DNA of 56,528 nt, filler included, from Asterionella formosa (GCA_002256025.1; 5 parts of 5 records of this genome joined end to end with filler, not necessarily neighbours in it), one strand, 5' to 3'; positions 38,986 to 51,363 are shown, numbered from the whole stretch's first letter. A program made the numbers and translations. Notes: a model not told the origin generated them from the letters alone.

Positions 38986-40900
38986 ACATTTCAAGACTGA
39001 AATGTCTCCAATTTTCTCGCCCTACCAGCTACGTATGGGCGATACCAGAGAGGTTCGCAGACTATTTGAGTACTGCACCAAAGACCGCAAGAAGCTCTAC
39101 AAGGCAGGGTCCTACTGGCGATCCAGTAGTGAACTTCACTCTCTATGAGCTGGAGCGTGCAATCCGCAAGGAAGCCGCTCTCGTAGGCGTTGATACGTTT
39201 TTGTACGCACCTGATTCTGAAGTTGTCATGTGGGATATGTCTATGAATCATTCTCGCATTAAATACGAACTGGCAAGACGTACGTGGATACCTGCCTAGG
39301 TCCTGTACCAGAGCCAGTGTACCAGTTCGACGACCCTACAGCCGAAACTGAGGCATCTGTACTAGCCAGGGCCATGGTCTGGGATGACCAAGCAAGGGAC
39401 GACTCTACGCACCTATGGAGGTTGATTGAGTCTCATGTAGATCCTAAGCTACTTGGTGGCTTATACAAACGCCTTGACAACTATGGTGATAGGGGTCCTG
39501 GACTCCTTCTATGGGTAGCTTTGATGGATGAGGTTTCCTCAGGGTCACCTTAACGTATGGACAGTGTGGTCGAACACTTTCAAAACCTGTCCCTGTCAAA
39601 CTATCCTGGTGAGAACGTACAATTGTTAGTCAATGATGTACTAACTACATATAACTTACATAAACATAGTAATGCAGTCCCTGCTACTGTGTCCAGCATG
39701 GTTATTGCTAAATTTCTATGCTGCAGTGTTGAGGAATTTCGTACTCCTTTCTATTCCAAGTCTGTTGAGATTGATGACGAGGAGAGGTAATTGCTTGGGA
39801 AAGACATCATGATGATTCTGGCATTTCAGAATACTTCTTTAGGTGTTAAATATTTATGTGAGTTGGCTATGACCAGCTACAAGCGCCTAGTTGACTATGA
39901 CCGTTGGCCACCTATCAAGACAGTTCCCAAGAAGCAGTCAGATGGTTTGCCTTCTGCCTACCAGGCATTTGCAGAGGAACTAACCCTGTTACGCAAGAAT
40001 AGTACCAAGGGAAATTTGGACTACAAGGATTTCTCTGAGGTCACTTGCTATCAGTGTGGCAAAAAGGGGCATATAAAGCCTAATTGTCCTGAAGAACCTA
40101 CTACTAGCAGGCCTACTGATCCAAGAAAGCAAAAGAAAGTTGCTGAAAAGGTTGATACCAAGCGTTTTTGGAAGGAGATACCGCCCAAGGTTGGGGATCC
40201 TAAAAGTATGCATAAGGATGGTAAGACCTGGTACTGGTGCTCCAAGTGTTGTGGTGGTGAAGGTTGCTGGACTACTAGACATAAAACTGCCACACACACT
40301 GGCCAGACTACTAGTACTCCTCAAGTTACTGCGGCTGTGGCTAATCTAGCCCATACTGCCACTACGAAGGAAGAAGCAACTGACAATACTCTTGCCTTTA
40401 CTCCTTTTGGCTACGTAGCTGCTTGTAGTGAAGAAAATGTGGAATGGACAAATTTCGTCGATGCCCTTAATCAAGAACAATGGCTGCATGGCGAGGCAAT
40501 CCAGGACACCATGTGTCTCACCTCAAACTGTCAAAATCGTTACCAGCCACCATTCAACATTAATGACGATACTACAGATGATGAAGACTTCGATTTGTTT
40601 GCTAGTGAAGCAGACGATGTTCTCGAAGATTATTACTCAAAGTTTTGGTTGGTTAATGCTTTGGAAGAAGATGCCATGATGGATTGCGATGCCAGCTTTC
40701 CTTTGAATCGTGCTGAGTCCCCAATTTTCATGGAAGTCGAGCAAATTAGCTTGATTCGTGCAGTCTTGTCTGGCCAAGTTTACTACTCTAGTAGTGACTC
40801 CTCAGACGATGAATCAGGTGGTGACAATTCAGAGAATTTTGATTGGTTCTTGGATACTTTCTGAAGGCGGGCCTGCCAGCAAGACGTGAATCTTGCTGGC
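38985..40900 (+). mobile_element. Copia-type gag remnant (5'-truncated) ending in a hairpin
   Basis: LSNYPGENV, FLCCSVEEF, zinc knuckle CYQCGKKGHIKPNC and second motif WYWCSKC...WTTRHKTATH, typical of diatom copia Gag. Contains in-frame stops; no pol follows. Confidence 0.8.
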
Positions 40901-41686
40901 CGACATATCGATATACATGTTACCTACCTCTGGAGGGATGCCGACGTTAAAGAATTACATATATAGGTTTTAAACCGGAAATAATTAACTTCATCTCTAA
41001 TGACAAGATTAAGCCCTATGAGATGGATTCAATTACAATGTTCTCAGACGAGAATACCGGTAGACTCCCGGTAATAAAGGTATACAACAAAGATAGGTGT
41101 ACCAATTAGCATACCAATTAGCCGGTATGTAGTTGAACTATACTACAATCACAAATCAAAATTGCATGCAGTTACTACTAATACTGCATGCATGCATCCT
41201 CATAAGAATACTGATATTTACCAGGCACAGTACATGGGAGTCTTGTATGAATGGTGAATTTCTATTTGCAAATTGTCCTCTTTCGCAATCGTGAGTATCA
41301 GATGTAGCTATGTACCTGTATGTCTATTCATTGGCGCCAATTTCATTTGCTCTTTTCAATTAATTTGAACGGAACCATTGCGATGCTTTCAAAATTTCCG
41401 ACACCGATATGTATTCATACAGGTATAGTTCATTGTTGCACGTGCCTGCTATTGAAGAATCAAGCAAGCAATGAATGAGGATACCGATTGTACAGTACCT
41501 TGTAGTACAAAAGATCTTGACATGAATTATTGTCATGGTGTAAAAGATTATTATTGGTACGTTCAATCTTCTTTGCTTTTTTATCAAGCAAACCATATTA
41601 GAAGTGCGTACTTTATGTCTTCCGGCACCCTCTAGATCTGTAGAACACAAATTCGTAAAGGATTAAAAATTGTTTTCTCTCGTCGC

Positions 41687-42290
41687 TCGTCGTCTTTTTG
41701 ATATCGTTCACAACAAGACCAGCATGTCATCAAGCAACAACAATAACAAGAAGAATGATCATGGTGCTAGCCTCTATGCTCATCGGTTTGCAGAAGAAGC
41801 AAAGGAGGAAGAGATGGAAGCAACTGCATCGGAGGATTTGGCAGGAGCAATGCTCCCTCAAGATATGTCGTTGGTGAAAGTGGAAGACCAACAGAAGAAA
41901 GCCGCAGTTGTCGTGCCTCCTCAAGATGAAAACGATTCATCTAATATTGTTGTTCCAGCAGTCTCATCATCAACAGCAGCAGCTCTGCCTCGAGATGTTG
42001 TGGCAGCACCATCACAACAACACGTTCCTGGCGCTTTTGCAGTCAGAGGACCAGGATTCATTCCACAGAAAGATTCCTTCTTGCTTGTCGACACTGCTCC
42101 CACTAACACTAACAACGTTCAGGATGAACTGGTGGAGCAGCTGGAACCTGAATCACTATTCAAAGCTGTTCTTGTGGACGATTCTGAGATTCCAAGTGCT
42201 TCTATTGTTGATCATGAAGCAGAAGGAAAAGCCCAGTGTCGGCGTCAAATAATTTCAATAATGATTTATCATTACAGGATAAATCACTTA
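41687..42290 (+). pseudogene. Membrane LRR receptor-like gene, paralogue 3 (cytoplasmic N-terminus only)
   Basis: SSNNNNKKND start resembles paralogue 1; HVPGAFAV and QLEPESLFKAVLV...AQCRRQ present. Homology breaks at the start of the TM helix. Confidence 0.75.
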
Positions 42291-43863
42291 TCTCCTTGAC
42301 CTGCTCAATTACTGTCCCAGTGACTGCAACAGTTTCGGAAATCTTTGGTAAGTAGTGATGAACTCTTACATCCAGACTGGCGACCATGTCCTGTTTCAAT
42401 ATTTCCAACTCTTTACTAGATAAATGGGACAAATCACTTTCCTCCTCGACCTGTTTTTTTTAATTTACTTTCCCAATCACTCCTAGAATTTTGGAACCCT
42501 TTGGTGACAAGTCATGGACTGATTCTTCCGGATTGGCAACCATGTAATTTTCATTTTGCTTTCGCTTTGGAAGGGGCAGATTTTATATCAAGTCTATCAG
42601 ATTTGATAGACTCAATTAGACGCTCTGAGGAAGTACAAACAAGATATACCAAGGTCATACAAACAACACGATCTTTACTTCTTGGAATGTTATTGGGAGA
42701 AGATGAACTGGCATCAACTATTTCGTTTTCACTTGACAAAAATAGATTGACCCAAACAATGTTGACAAATAGGTGCTTACCGGAAAAAGGAAGCAATGCT
42801 TTCGGCATCATCAATCTATACACAGTCCAAGCCTACGCCACCTGATGTCGTCAATATAGCTACCTCGACTTCATCAATGAAGAAGTCAATGGGTGGAGCA
42901 TGTGAGGAGAATCGGGGTTGAGGTTTTCTTGACGCCAACGTGGACATGCTTGGCTGAACTCCTTGCAGCTTGAAGGCATTGAGTAACCTGGGCCTGTGAA
43001 GCCAAAGGATAAAGAAAATCTATGACAAGGGTGGTGAGATAGTGTTTAGAAGGGGGAGCAAAATTTATCATAGCTGAACGCATTCGAAACTTGTATAGAC
43101 AATAAATGATGGAATACCATGGCTGCTCTTGGCTGACAGCTGCCAAGTCAAGTACAAACACAATGAGGGTGCACAAAAGACAGTCCAATTTTAATCGACT
43201 GGCTGATACTTAGTTGTGAGACTCACCATTCTGCAATGGGGTGGACTTTGATCATTGCTTCATTCAAAGCACAATCAATTCGAATGCTGTCCAGTGAAAC
43301 AGCCAATGAAAACAATTGTGGCGAAAAAGCGCAGAAGCAACAGATAAAGGGATTTCATAGGAATTAAAATATCAGGGCATATATGATGCACTGCTCCTTG
43401 TGTAGACTAGCTATATTTGATCATTTCCATATTTCATACTATACAGGTGCATGGATGACTCGTCTTCCTTATGCAGCCATGTTGCGATAATTCTACAGGA
43501 CCTATAGGATTGGTAGTCTGGTGGTCATCATTTCTGCATAGTATATACCAGTAGGAGTCACCATGTATGCATGCATGCATGCTGCGATATATCTTACAAG
43601 ACATAAAAATTTGGTAGCTTGGGGGTTATCACTTCCGTACTGTATACAGGGGGCGGGGGAAGGGGTTGCATGCATGAGCAACTACTCCGGTATAAACTAT
43701 GTTCTTTAATCAATCAATTTTGATTCTTTTATCCTATAACTTTGATCATAACATATTGATCATATGATGAATGGTGTCGTTGATGAGAAAATGAATGATC
43801 AACATTTATTTTCAAGAATCAGGATTAATTTTGTATATGATAATGTAAATAGCACTGTTGGTC

Positions 43864-44975
43864 TTATGGTATGATAGAATGTGGGAGCTTGATGATAGAC
43901 CAGGTTTCACCTAAAGTCTCATCTGGGTTCCTATCTTGCTGGAGGGTAAGATGTGGACCCTTCTCGACCTGCTTGTGATCCTTGCTGTTGACCCCAAGCA
44001 ACTTCATATTCGATTTTTCAACAGACTTGAGAAATTCCAAAGAAGGACCAGCATCTGATGCATCCTTTGAGGCGATGGAAATATCTTCTTCGTCTTTGCC
44101 TTGTCGATTAGCCTTGGTGGTGTGCTTTGTTAAGGGCACAGGTTTGAGGGCAGGGTCTAATACTGGAGGTGGTCGATGAACAAAAACCACATTGGCATTG
44201 CCACTGTTTTCCTTACGCGCATTATTCTCTGATTGAGCTGCTGATTCAAGAACTGAATCATGAGTATTTGAATCATAATTCTTGGTGCTCCGGTAAAATC
44301 TCAAGTGGACAGGATTTTTGACTGGATCAGAAATATTGTTAAGCAAAGCTGGTGGAGTTGGGACCACAGCTTCTTTGGCCTTTACAATGTTCTTTTCCTT
44401 GGAAGAAATCAAGGTATCTTGCTCGATGTTTTTACGCCCCTCATTGTTAACGTTGGTCAAAGGTGGTGAAGGTAGGACCTGAACAGAAGGAGCTTCCAAG
44501 CGGGCATACTCTGACCTGATAGCTGCCTTCGCATTCATCACCTCTGTCAGGCGATGAATGCAAAAAAGGAAATGTGTGAATGAATAAATGAATATGAATA
44601 CAGCATATATAGTAAACGAACATACCTTTTGGTTGCTTGTAGATGAAACCCCCAATGGGAAGAAATATCGAGTACACATAGGCTTGCTCTTCCAATTGAT
44701 GATCAAGAAGATCATAATGAGTGGCTGAAAGAAGACTCCCAGCTATAGTTGTTCGCAAACGCACGATAGGAAAGGTCTCGAAATTTGCTGGTTCTGGCAT
44801 ATCAGGTCCATAATTGTATGAATCAACATCGCCATTGTTCTTGTTCCTCTCATCATGAAGAAGGTTTTCAAGAGGATGATTGATCCTGTCCATCCAAGGA
44901 ATAGGATTGCAGTGTACAAATCCCAATGATTTATACCACTCAACCGCATTGCCCAGCACCTGCGCAAAAACTGCG
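43864..44975 (-). CDS. Partial intron-containing gene of unknown function (possible GNAT motif), low-complexity C-terminus
   Basis: NAVEWYKSLGF resembles GNAT motif B. Probable intron GTATGT...CATTCATCGCCTGACAG (~44625-44546) links the 44959 ORF to the 43864 ORF. 5' part not resolved. Confidence 0.35.
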
Positions 44976-45217
44976 TCTGTAAATAAAAAATATCATGAAA
45001 ATATGATCAAGGGTATCGTACGCTAAGTGGCACAGGATTTTCGTATATATGACAATTTTTGGATCAAAAATATGATCAAGGTATCTTGTTTCTATGATGA
45101 TTTATTAATATGTTACCGACCTTGAAGTATAATGATAATAAGAACATTATCATCACACAATGTATATAAACTGATCAACAACATTTCCCATCAATATCAT
45201 AAACCTTCTCATATTAT

Positions 45218-45317
45218 NNNNNNNNNNNNNNNNNNNNNNNNNNNNNNNNNNNNNNNNNNNNTTAATTAATTAANNNNNNNNNNNNNNNNNNNNNNNNNNN
45301 NNNNNNNNNNNNNNNNN
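45218..45317. other. Artificial contig spacer
   Basis: N44-TTAATTAATTAA-N44. Confidence 0.97.
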
Positions 45318-46314
45318 GAAACATCGGCGTATGAAGATGCGAACCCCTAAAGAAATGCGCCCAATGGATGTTGTTGACAGTGCATTTGCAATTAACCCTG
45401 ATACTCGCAAAAGTACAAGTGCATATCTCGGAACTATTGGAGCACGCTCCTTGGTGACTTGGTCATCCAAAGGACAGAACATTGTAACAACATCAAGCAC
45501 AGAAGCTGAGTATGTCAGCCTAAGCGACGGTGTCAAGGATACTACATTTGTTACAAATCTATTGGATGAGGTCTACTATGTGGAACTGCCAGCAATAATT
45601 GCTGAGGATAACACTGGAGCGATTTTCCTAAGCAAAAACCAACAAGTTGGATCAAGGACAAAGCATATTGATGTCAGATATCATTTTATACGTGAGAAGA
45701 CTGAAGATGGATATGTTGTTGTGGTCTATGTTCAAACATGTGAAAACCCTAGTGACCTGCTGTCAAAGAATGTAACTCAGAAGGTACATGAATTGCATGC
45801 ATATGATATTTGCAATGGGACAATGGATTGTTGGAACTGGAACAGGGAGGATGTCAAGATTTAGTACTGCGTGCATATTAGTTCAGTCGAACTAATCAAT
45901 CTTGAATAATATTCCAGCCAAAATCCCGTATTGAAATGCTGTGAGAATTTGAACAGCATTGATTGCCAAGAACTATATCAGCAAACCAAGGTAAATATTC
46001 GAATGGAGAATGTTCTAAGTAATCAATATTTCAATGAAGGAAAGGTATATACGCAATGCAGATAGCATTGAATATTCACGATTGTTCTACTAAGTGAGTG
46101 GAGTTGAGTTGTCAGTTGAGAATTGAATGTCTAACAACACAATGAATATCTATATACAAATTTGGGAAGAGAACCTTAATAATTGGTCATGTGAACGATT
46201 ACAAGATAGATCAAATAAGCTCACAATAAGGTGGGATTAGAACAGAAGGTTTTAATACACTGAGCTTGTCTAGAAAGAGCTAGCATTGCAGTCAGACTGC
46301 AGAAGAATTTAACA
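45318..46314 (+). mobile_element. 3' end of a copia element (RNase H, PPT, LTR 45852-46314)
   Basis: DSAFA..DTRKS, SSTEAEYVS, EDNTGAI, RTKHIDVRYHFIRE and NPSDLLSK; PPT AGGGAGGA; TGTCAA...TTAACA. Confidence 0.9.
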
Positions 46315-46690
46315 CCCTGGTACCAGGGTACCTGGTACCTGGTATTATTTTCTTATTTTGACATGAATGTATGTAAAATTCAGTCCTCTATCTGGTACTA
46401 CTAATTCTTTAGTACACTACAGCAATATTTACAAATTTACTACTCATTTACCGGTAGTCTTTTTGGTGCGTGTGAACCTGTGAACCAACCAGTATACCGG
46501 TAGTACCAGGTACTGTATAATGTACTCCTGGTACCTAGAGTATTTCGTTTACCGGTACATAGTATATAAATACAATCGGTATCATAGGAAGAAGTACCAG
46601 GCTACTAGGTACCAGGTACCAAGCACCAGGTGGTACCCGGTCGATCAGAAGTATTGCCACATAAAATCAGCACATGTTCCGGTACATATG
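46315..46690. repeat. Cluster of TA-CC(W)GG-TA / TA-CWG-TA palindromic motifs
   Basis: For example CCCTGGTACCAGGGTACCTGGTACCTGGTA, TACCGGTAGTACCAGGTACTGTA and TAGGTACCAGGTACC. Confidence 0.8.
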
Positions 46691-46789
46691 AAAAATTGGC
46701 ATTGATGATCATCGTCTTCTTCAACTTAGCTGGCAGAAGTCTACTGGTAACATACTCAGGAAACAATGTCATATACAGAGGTACCGGTA

Positions 46790-47620
46790 TCTATTTGAGA
46801 TATGTAGTGGACGAAGCCGGAATCACAAAAAACGGAACTCCAGTGTAATGATGAGGAAGGGTGGACTCATTGTAGAAAATACACATGAGCAATTTGGATT
46901 GGACATGAAGTGTTACTTCATCCAACTTGACAAGCTGCTGTTTGTGGATGAAGTTGGATCTTACACCTCAAAGACAAGGGATGGAAACATTGAGGGTCAC
47001 AAATTATTGTGTGACAAAGAGCAATGGCCACAACAACAAAGTGCAACAAGGATTCAATATTTTACTGTACTTGTCTTTGCATCTACAAATGACTTGCCCT
47101 TGTGTGTGCAATCCCCTTAGTTGCCAAGGAATTAAAAGAGTCATGGATATTGGGCTTTGATCTTAAAGTGGAATGGGAATGGACTGCATACAATGTCAAA
47201 GCAAACACAGTAAGATGGAAAAGCTATCCAATCAGCCCTTCTTTATCCTGACTGTTTGATGGAGTTGATATCCCAACCTGCTGTTGTTGTTCTGAGAATG
47301 GATCAATAATGGCAGAGCTCCTTGTGTAGATGCTAAAATCGATGGACAGGTTAAAGTTCTTTGACCAACCTGGCAATGTACCACCTTTTCTGATTCTAGG
47401 CACTCATGGTAGCCAATTCAATCTCCTCTTTCTTCAATATATAAATAACAACAAAATGAAATGTTTGAATTTTGGATGACAGAGTATCATATTGGCAAGT
47501 GCTGGGAGACAGTTTGCAACAAAATGGTTGATTCTAAATGGCACTGACAAGTTTTAAGCAAGAGATGCTTAGCTACAAAGAACAAAGGACGCCAAGCCAA
47601 GTTTGTAACTGAGAAAGACA
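46790..47620 (+). pseudogene. pogo/Tc1-mariner-type DDE transposase remnant
   Basis: LLFVDEVGSYTS...DG, YFTVLVF, ENGSI and PFLILG(x)HGS.F across frameshifts. Probably the same broad family as the element at 866-2193. Confidence 0.7.
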
Positions 47621-47711
47621 ACATACCAGCAGTAGCTAGTAGCCAACCCAACCAGTGGTCAAGTCTACATAGACTAGGTGTTTGTACTGGTGTGTGTGAA
47701 GCAATCTAATA

Positions 47712-48030
47712 GGTGGAACAGCTGAGTTGGTTGGGCACATTGCCTTGAAGCAATTGTTGGGTTTGACTCCCACAATCCTCACCCTCCCACACAGTTTTGC
47801 CTGCTGGTGTGCAAGGAAAAGTGGATTGCCCCCCACCCCGCAAGCAGTGTGCCACCTTCCTAGGTGGTAGGAGTTTCCCCTAGTGCTGCAGCTAAGACAA
47901 TCACCTTTTGCTAAAGATAGTTGGGGAATCCCCTATGCTAACAAAACTAGGGAAGCACACTGACTTTTCAGCAGGCCATGCTATGAAATTCCATGTGTAA
48001 CTCTCCTGTGGTCTTAGAAAGCACATTATA
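47712..48030 (+). mobile_element. tRNA-derived SINE-like element, copy B
   Basis: GGTGGAACAGCTGAGTTGGTTGGGCACATTGCCTTG...GGGTTTGACTCCCACAATCCTCACC (A and B boxes), then a GC-rich body. The 3' limit is approximate. Confidence 0.6.
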
Positions 48031-48359
48031 AGTGAGTTTCAATTTTTGCATGAAGCTAATAGGTAAAGCAAAGAAATGCATCAAATCAGCCTCACTATAT
48101 TGTATGGAGCATCAGGTAGACTCCTATCCATACTTACTAACTACATACAATCGATGACTCACAAGATGAGAAATGTGGTATACAAACACCAAATTCATGC
48201 TGAGTCCAATACTGCCTTTATGTAGATAAATTGTGGACTACTGCAGTCTTAAATTGTGCATAAGAAGTAGATAATGTACCTGCTAAAGAGACATTCAGGT
48301 GACAAATGAGGAAGCACTAGAGACGAGAATGCTTCTCCTCCAGCACCAGTGCAGAATGA

Positions 48360-51300
48360 CTATATTTTTAATGAAAGTTCTTGCTTCATGATGCAATCAA
48401 AGAGCCAATTCGTGGTACGGCACATTGTTCCTTTCTTGATTGCTTTGGAGACCTCCTTCGCAGACAATTGCCCCTTTTGTGCTGGGTTGCTTGTGATGAT
48501 GATTGTTTGAGGCGCTTTCACTTTGGCCAGCGCAGGAGCTGTGACCCACTTGCCACCTGCAGCATTAATAATCAACTTGAGCTCATTTTCTGGTGGCGCC
48601 TTGTTCCCTGCTACACCATCGCAAATGAATACCGACATTCCATTGAGTAAAGTTTTACCTTCCTGTCTCATACGATTTCCATTAGATAGAGTTTCACGCA
48701 TTTTGAATCCATATGCGGTTTCAGCCTTTGCGTCGTTCAACAGGAGAAACTTTCGACACGGTAAAGCGCTTCTGTTCTTCGCCGAAGCTGTGAGCCAATC
48801 CATGTGAACTATATTGGAAGTCCTGCAAACACCAATCATAACTTTTGGTGTCCTCCTAAGTGAGTTTTTATCGTCTCCAGCAATCACATGAGTCGCCTTT
48901 TCGGCGTCTTCAACCTTCTCAATCAATTCACCTCCTATAGCCGCAATCATCTGAGTGCAAGAAAAGGATAGCGTGTGAGGAGAATTGATTGCATTAAAGT
49001 AGTGCTCAGAGATGAAAACTTACGTGCTTGTGACGAGGAATCATATCAACTCCAGTGATGAGCACTCGAATTGGCTCTCCAGCTTCATCCTGTCGCGCTC
49101 GTTTTCTAGAGCTGCGCGAAGCAGGAGCGACGGGTTCTATATCGGTAAGTGCCCGTTTCTGACTGCTACAAGTGAGATCTCGTTTGCTTCTTTGTGTTTC
49201 TTGTTTTGTTGCCATAGTGACTGATAACGTTCCCGTTGCAATTAGGGAAGGAGACAAGCTAGATGATCTCCCTTTTGGTGGAACACTCCCTTCCGTCTTC
49301 TTTGAAGGTAAACTACGTGATACTGTTCCTATACTAGAGGATTCCTTGCCCGTAACTTCACGGCTTGATTTCAATGGTTTGGCCTTCGGAGCAAGCATGC
49401 CTCCATCAACACCCATACTCAATACTTCCTGTCGGACTGCTCTTCTCGACGTCTTTAAATTTCGTTTTCTCGTAAGACTAGTGTTCTCCGTATCCTCTGG
49501 ATCAGACAAATCTGAATCATCGCGCTGAGTATCTTGGCAAGTTGTGACCCATGAATCCTCGGCTGGGCTGACGATCGATTCCCATTCTTGAGGTCTGTCC
49601 AACTTTGCTGGTGAAAGAAAGCTTTTTCTTTCAGCAATCTCTTGTGTTGAACAGCCTTCACCCAAATCTTTCAGCTTCATGGTTGTGTCAGCGACTCGCT
49701 CGTTGGAGTTGCCAACTTGCCGTTTGGCATCCTTCGGAGGTTCCATCACTTCTGATTGATGTACTTCGTCAACAGCAACGTTGCACTGGAGTTGAACATC
49801 CGGAATTTGCACATCGTCAACTGCACATGGTGCCTGCATCGGCGAGATTTCAGGCTCCTTAACTTCCGAGAGCATGGTTGCATCCGAATCTGCATCATTG
49901 ACGTTTGCACAAGGACCGATGTTGTTTGTGCTATTCGCTTTCTCGGGGCTCTTCGTCGAGAGAAAGATGCCATTGGTTGCGCGTTCATCATCTGGTAAAC
50001 CCGCAATTTTGATACCCGTACATTTAGAAACAGCACTATCATTTGGTTTGCTCTGTACTTTCCCCGCGTATTTGTTAGCTTTGGCCGTTGAGCCTTTGCT
50101 CGTTTCCGAATCGTCCTTGTTGAAATCAATAATAGCATTTTGTTTCGCCACAACTCCGTCGGTCACTAAACTTTCGAAGGCGTTGATGAGTTTTGTACCT
50201 TCAAATTCAATTGATTTTTTGATTTTTAACCTCTCCCTAACATCCATTACCATTTCAACCCTATCTTCATCCTTTTGGGTAGATAACGCCAAGTTCTGTT
50301 CGGTGCTTGTTTCATGAAATGCTGAATCGATTTTATCTTCGTGAGATTGCTGCGATATTTCAGGCTCGCCCTTCTCGTTCATGATCGGTTCGAGTGGCTT
50401 GGAAGTGCCTTCGCAGCTAAATGGTTGTGTTGGCTGATTCATTGATCCACTTGCTGATTCGTTGCCAACTAGAGTCGTTTCATCGTCTGATTCCCCAGTA
50501 TCCTCCTTGATAGGCGACTGAGTACTGAGGCAGTCAATATCAGGCATCATTGGAATAATTTGTGTCCTGTCAGGATCATCGTCGATTCCATCGTCATCCG
50601 ATTCATTCTCGTCATTGTCTAGACATTCTAAAGCCATCGATTGTTGGGATCGTTGCGTAATTAACTTGTTGGATACCTGTGACTCGATTCGCTCTGTAAT
50701 ATGTCCCGTTGATTCTCGTTTTAAATTTGACTCTTGCGTTGATTGTTGAGAGGACGCATCTTTCAAGATCTTTCGCTTCACATACAAAGCCGTCTCTCGT
50801 GTATACTTGAGTACCAGCCCCTTTTGACTTTGCTGGCTGTCACGTATCTGTCTCCGTGTACATATTCGGTCGAACGGACACAAGATCCGGAGTTGCCGAC
50901 GAGGAAGCAACTCGGGCGAATGATAGTCAGCGTCCTTGTCAATATCATCATTTCTTTCCTCTTCTTCACATGGAAATTTTCGTCTCTGAATACATATTTC
51001 GAAATTGCCGTCGTCATCATTGTCTTCCTCATCGTCATAGCTGTCGGTTGTCATCAGTGGCCTCATATCTTTAACAGCAACAAATGGCCCATCAACGTCA
51101 ATACAAATGTAACAATCCGACGAAGGCGCATCAATCGATCCAACTTCCTTGAGTGATAAGATGGAAGGATAAGGTATTCCTCCTTCTGCATCTTGCGTAT
51201 CGTCCAATACATTGTTGCTACCTGTTGACGCCATGGCGAGGCGGAGCCAATTCTCGCCGTCGTCGAGTGTGAGGGCGTCTTGTCCAACTTGTTGAATCAA

Positions 51301-51363
51301 CTCGTGAATGTATTCTGTAGAACCGATATCAGAGCTTGTCTGGGAGGCCATCATGGAAGCCAT
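48360..51363 (-). CDS. Tandem-BRCT protein, MDC1/PAXIP1-like (~976 aa, 2 exons)
   Basis: Exons 51363-49024 and 48950-48360 with a phase-0 GT-AG intron (49023-48951). BRCT motifs IRVLITG...IGG...ATHVIA...RRTPKVMIG...IVHMDWL..S and LKLIINAAGG...WLFDCIMKQEL. Long disordered SQ/TQ-rich middle region. Confidence 0.88.

Noticed and set aside
38918..39148. Functional LRR-Gag fusion protein
   Set aside because: Both partners contain stops and frameshifts, so a deletion junction is more likely.
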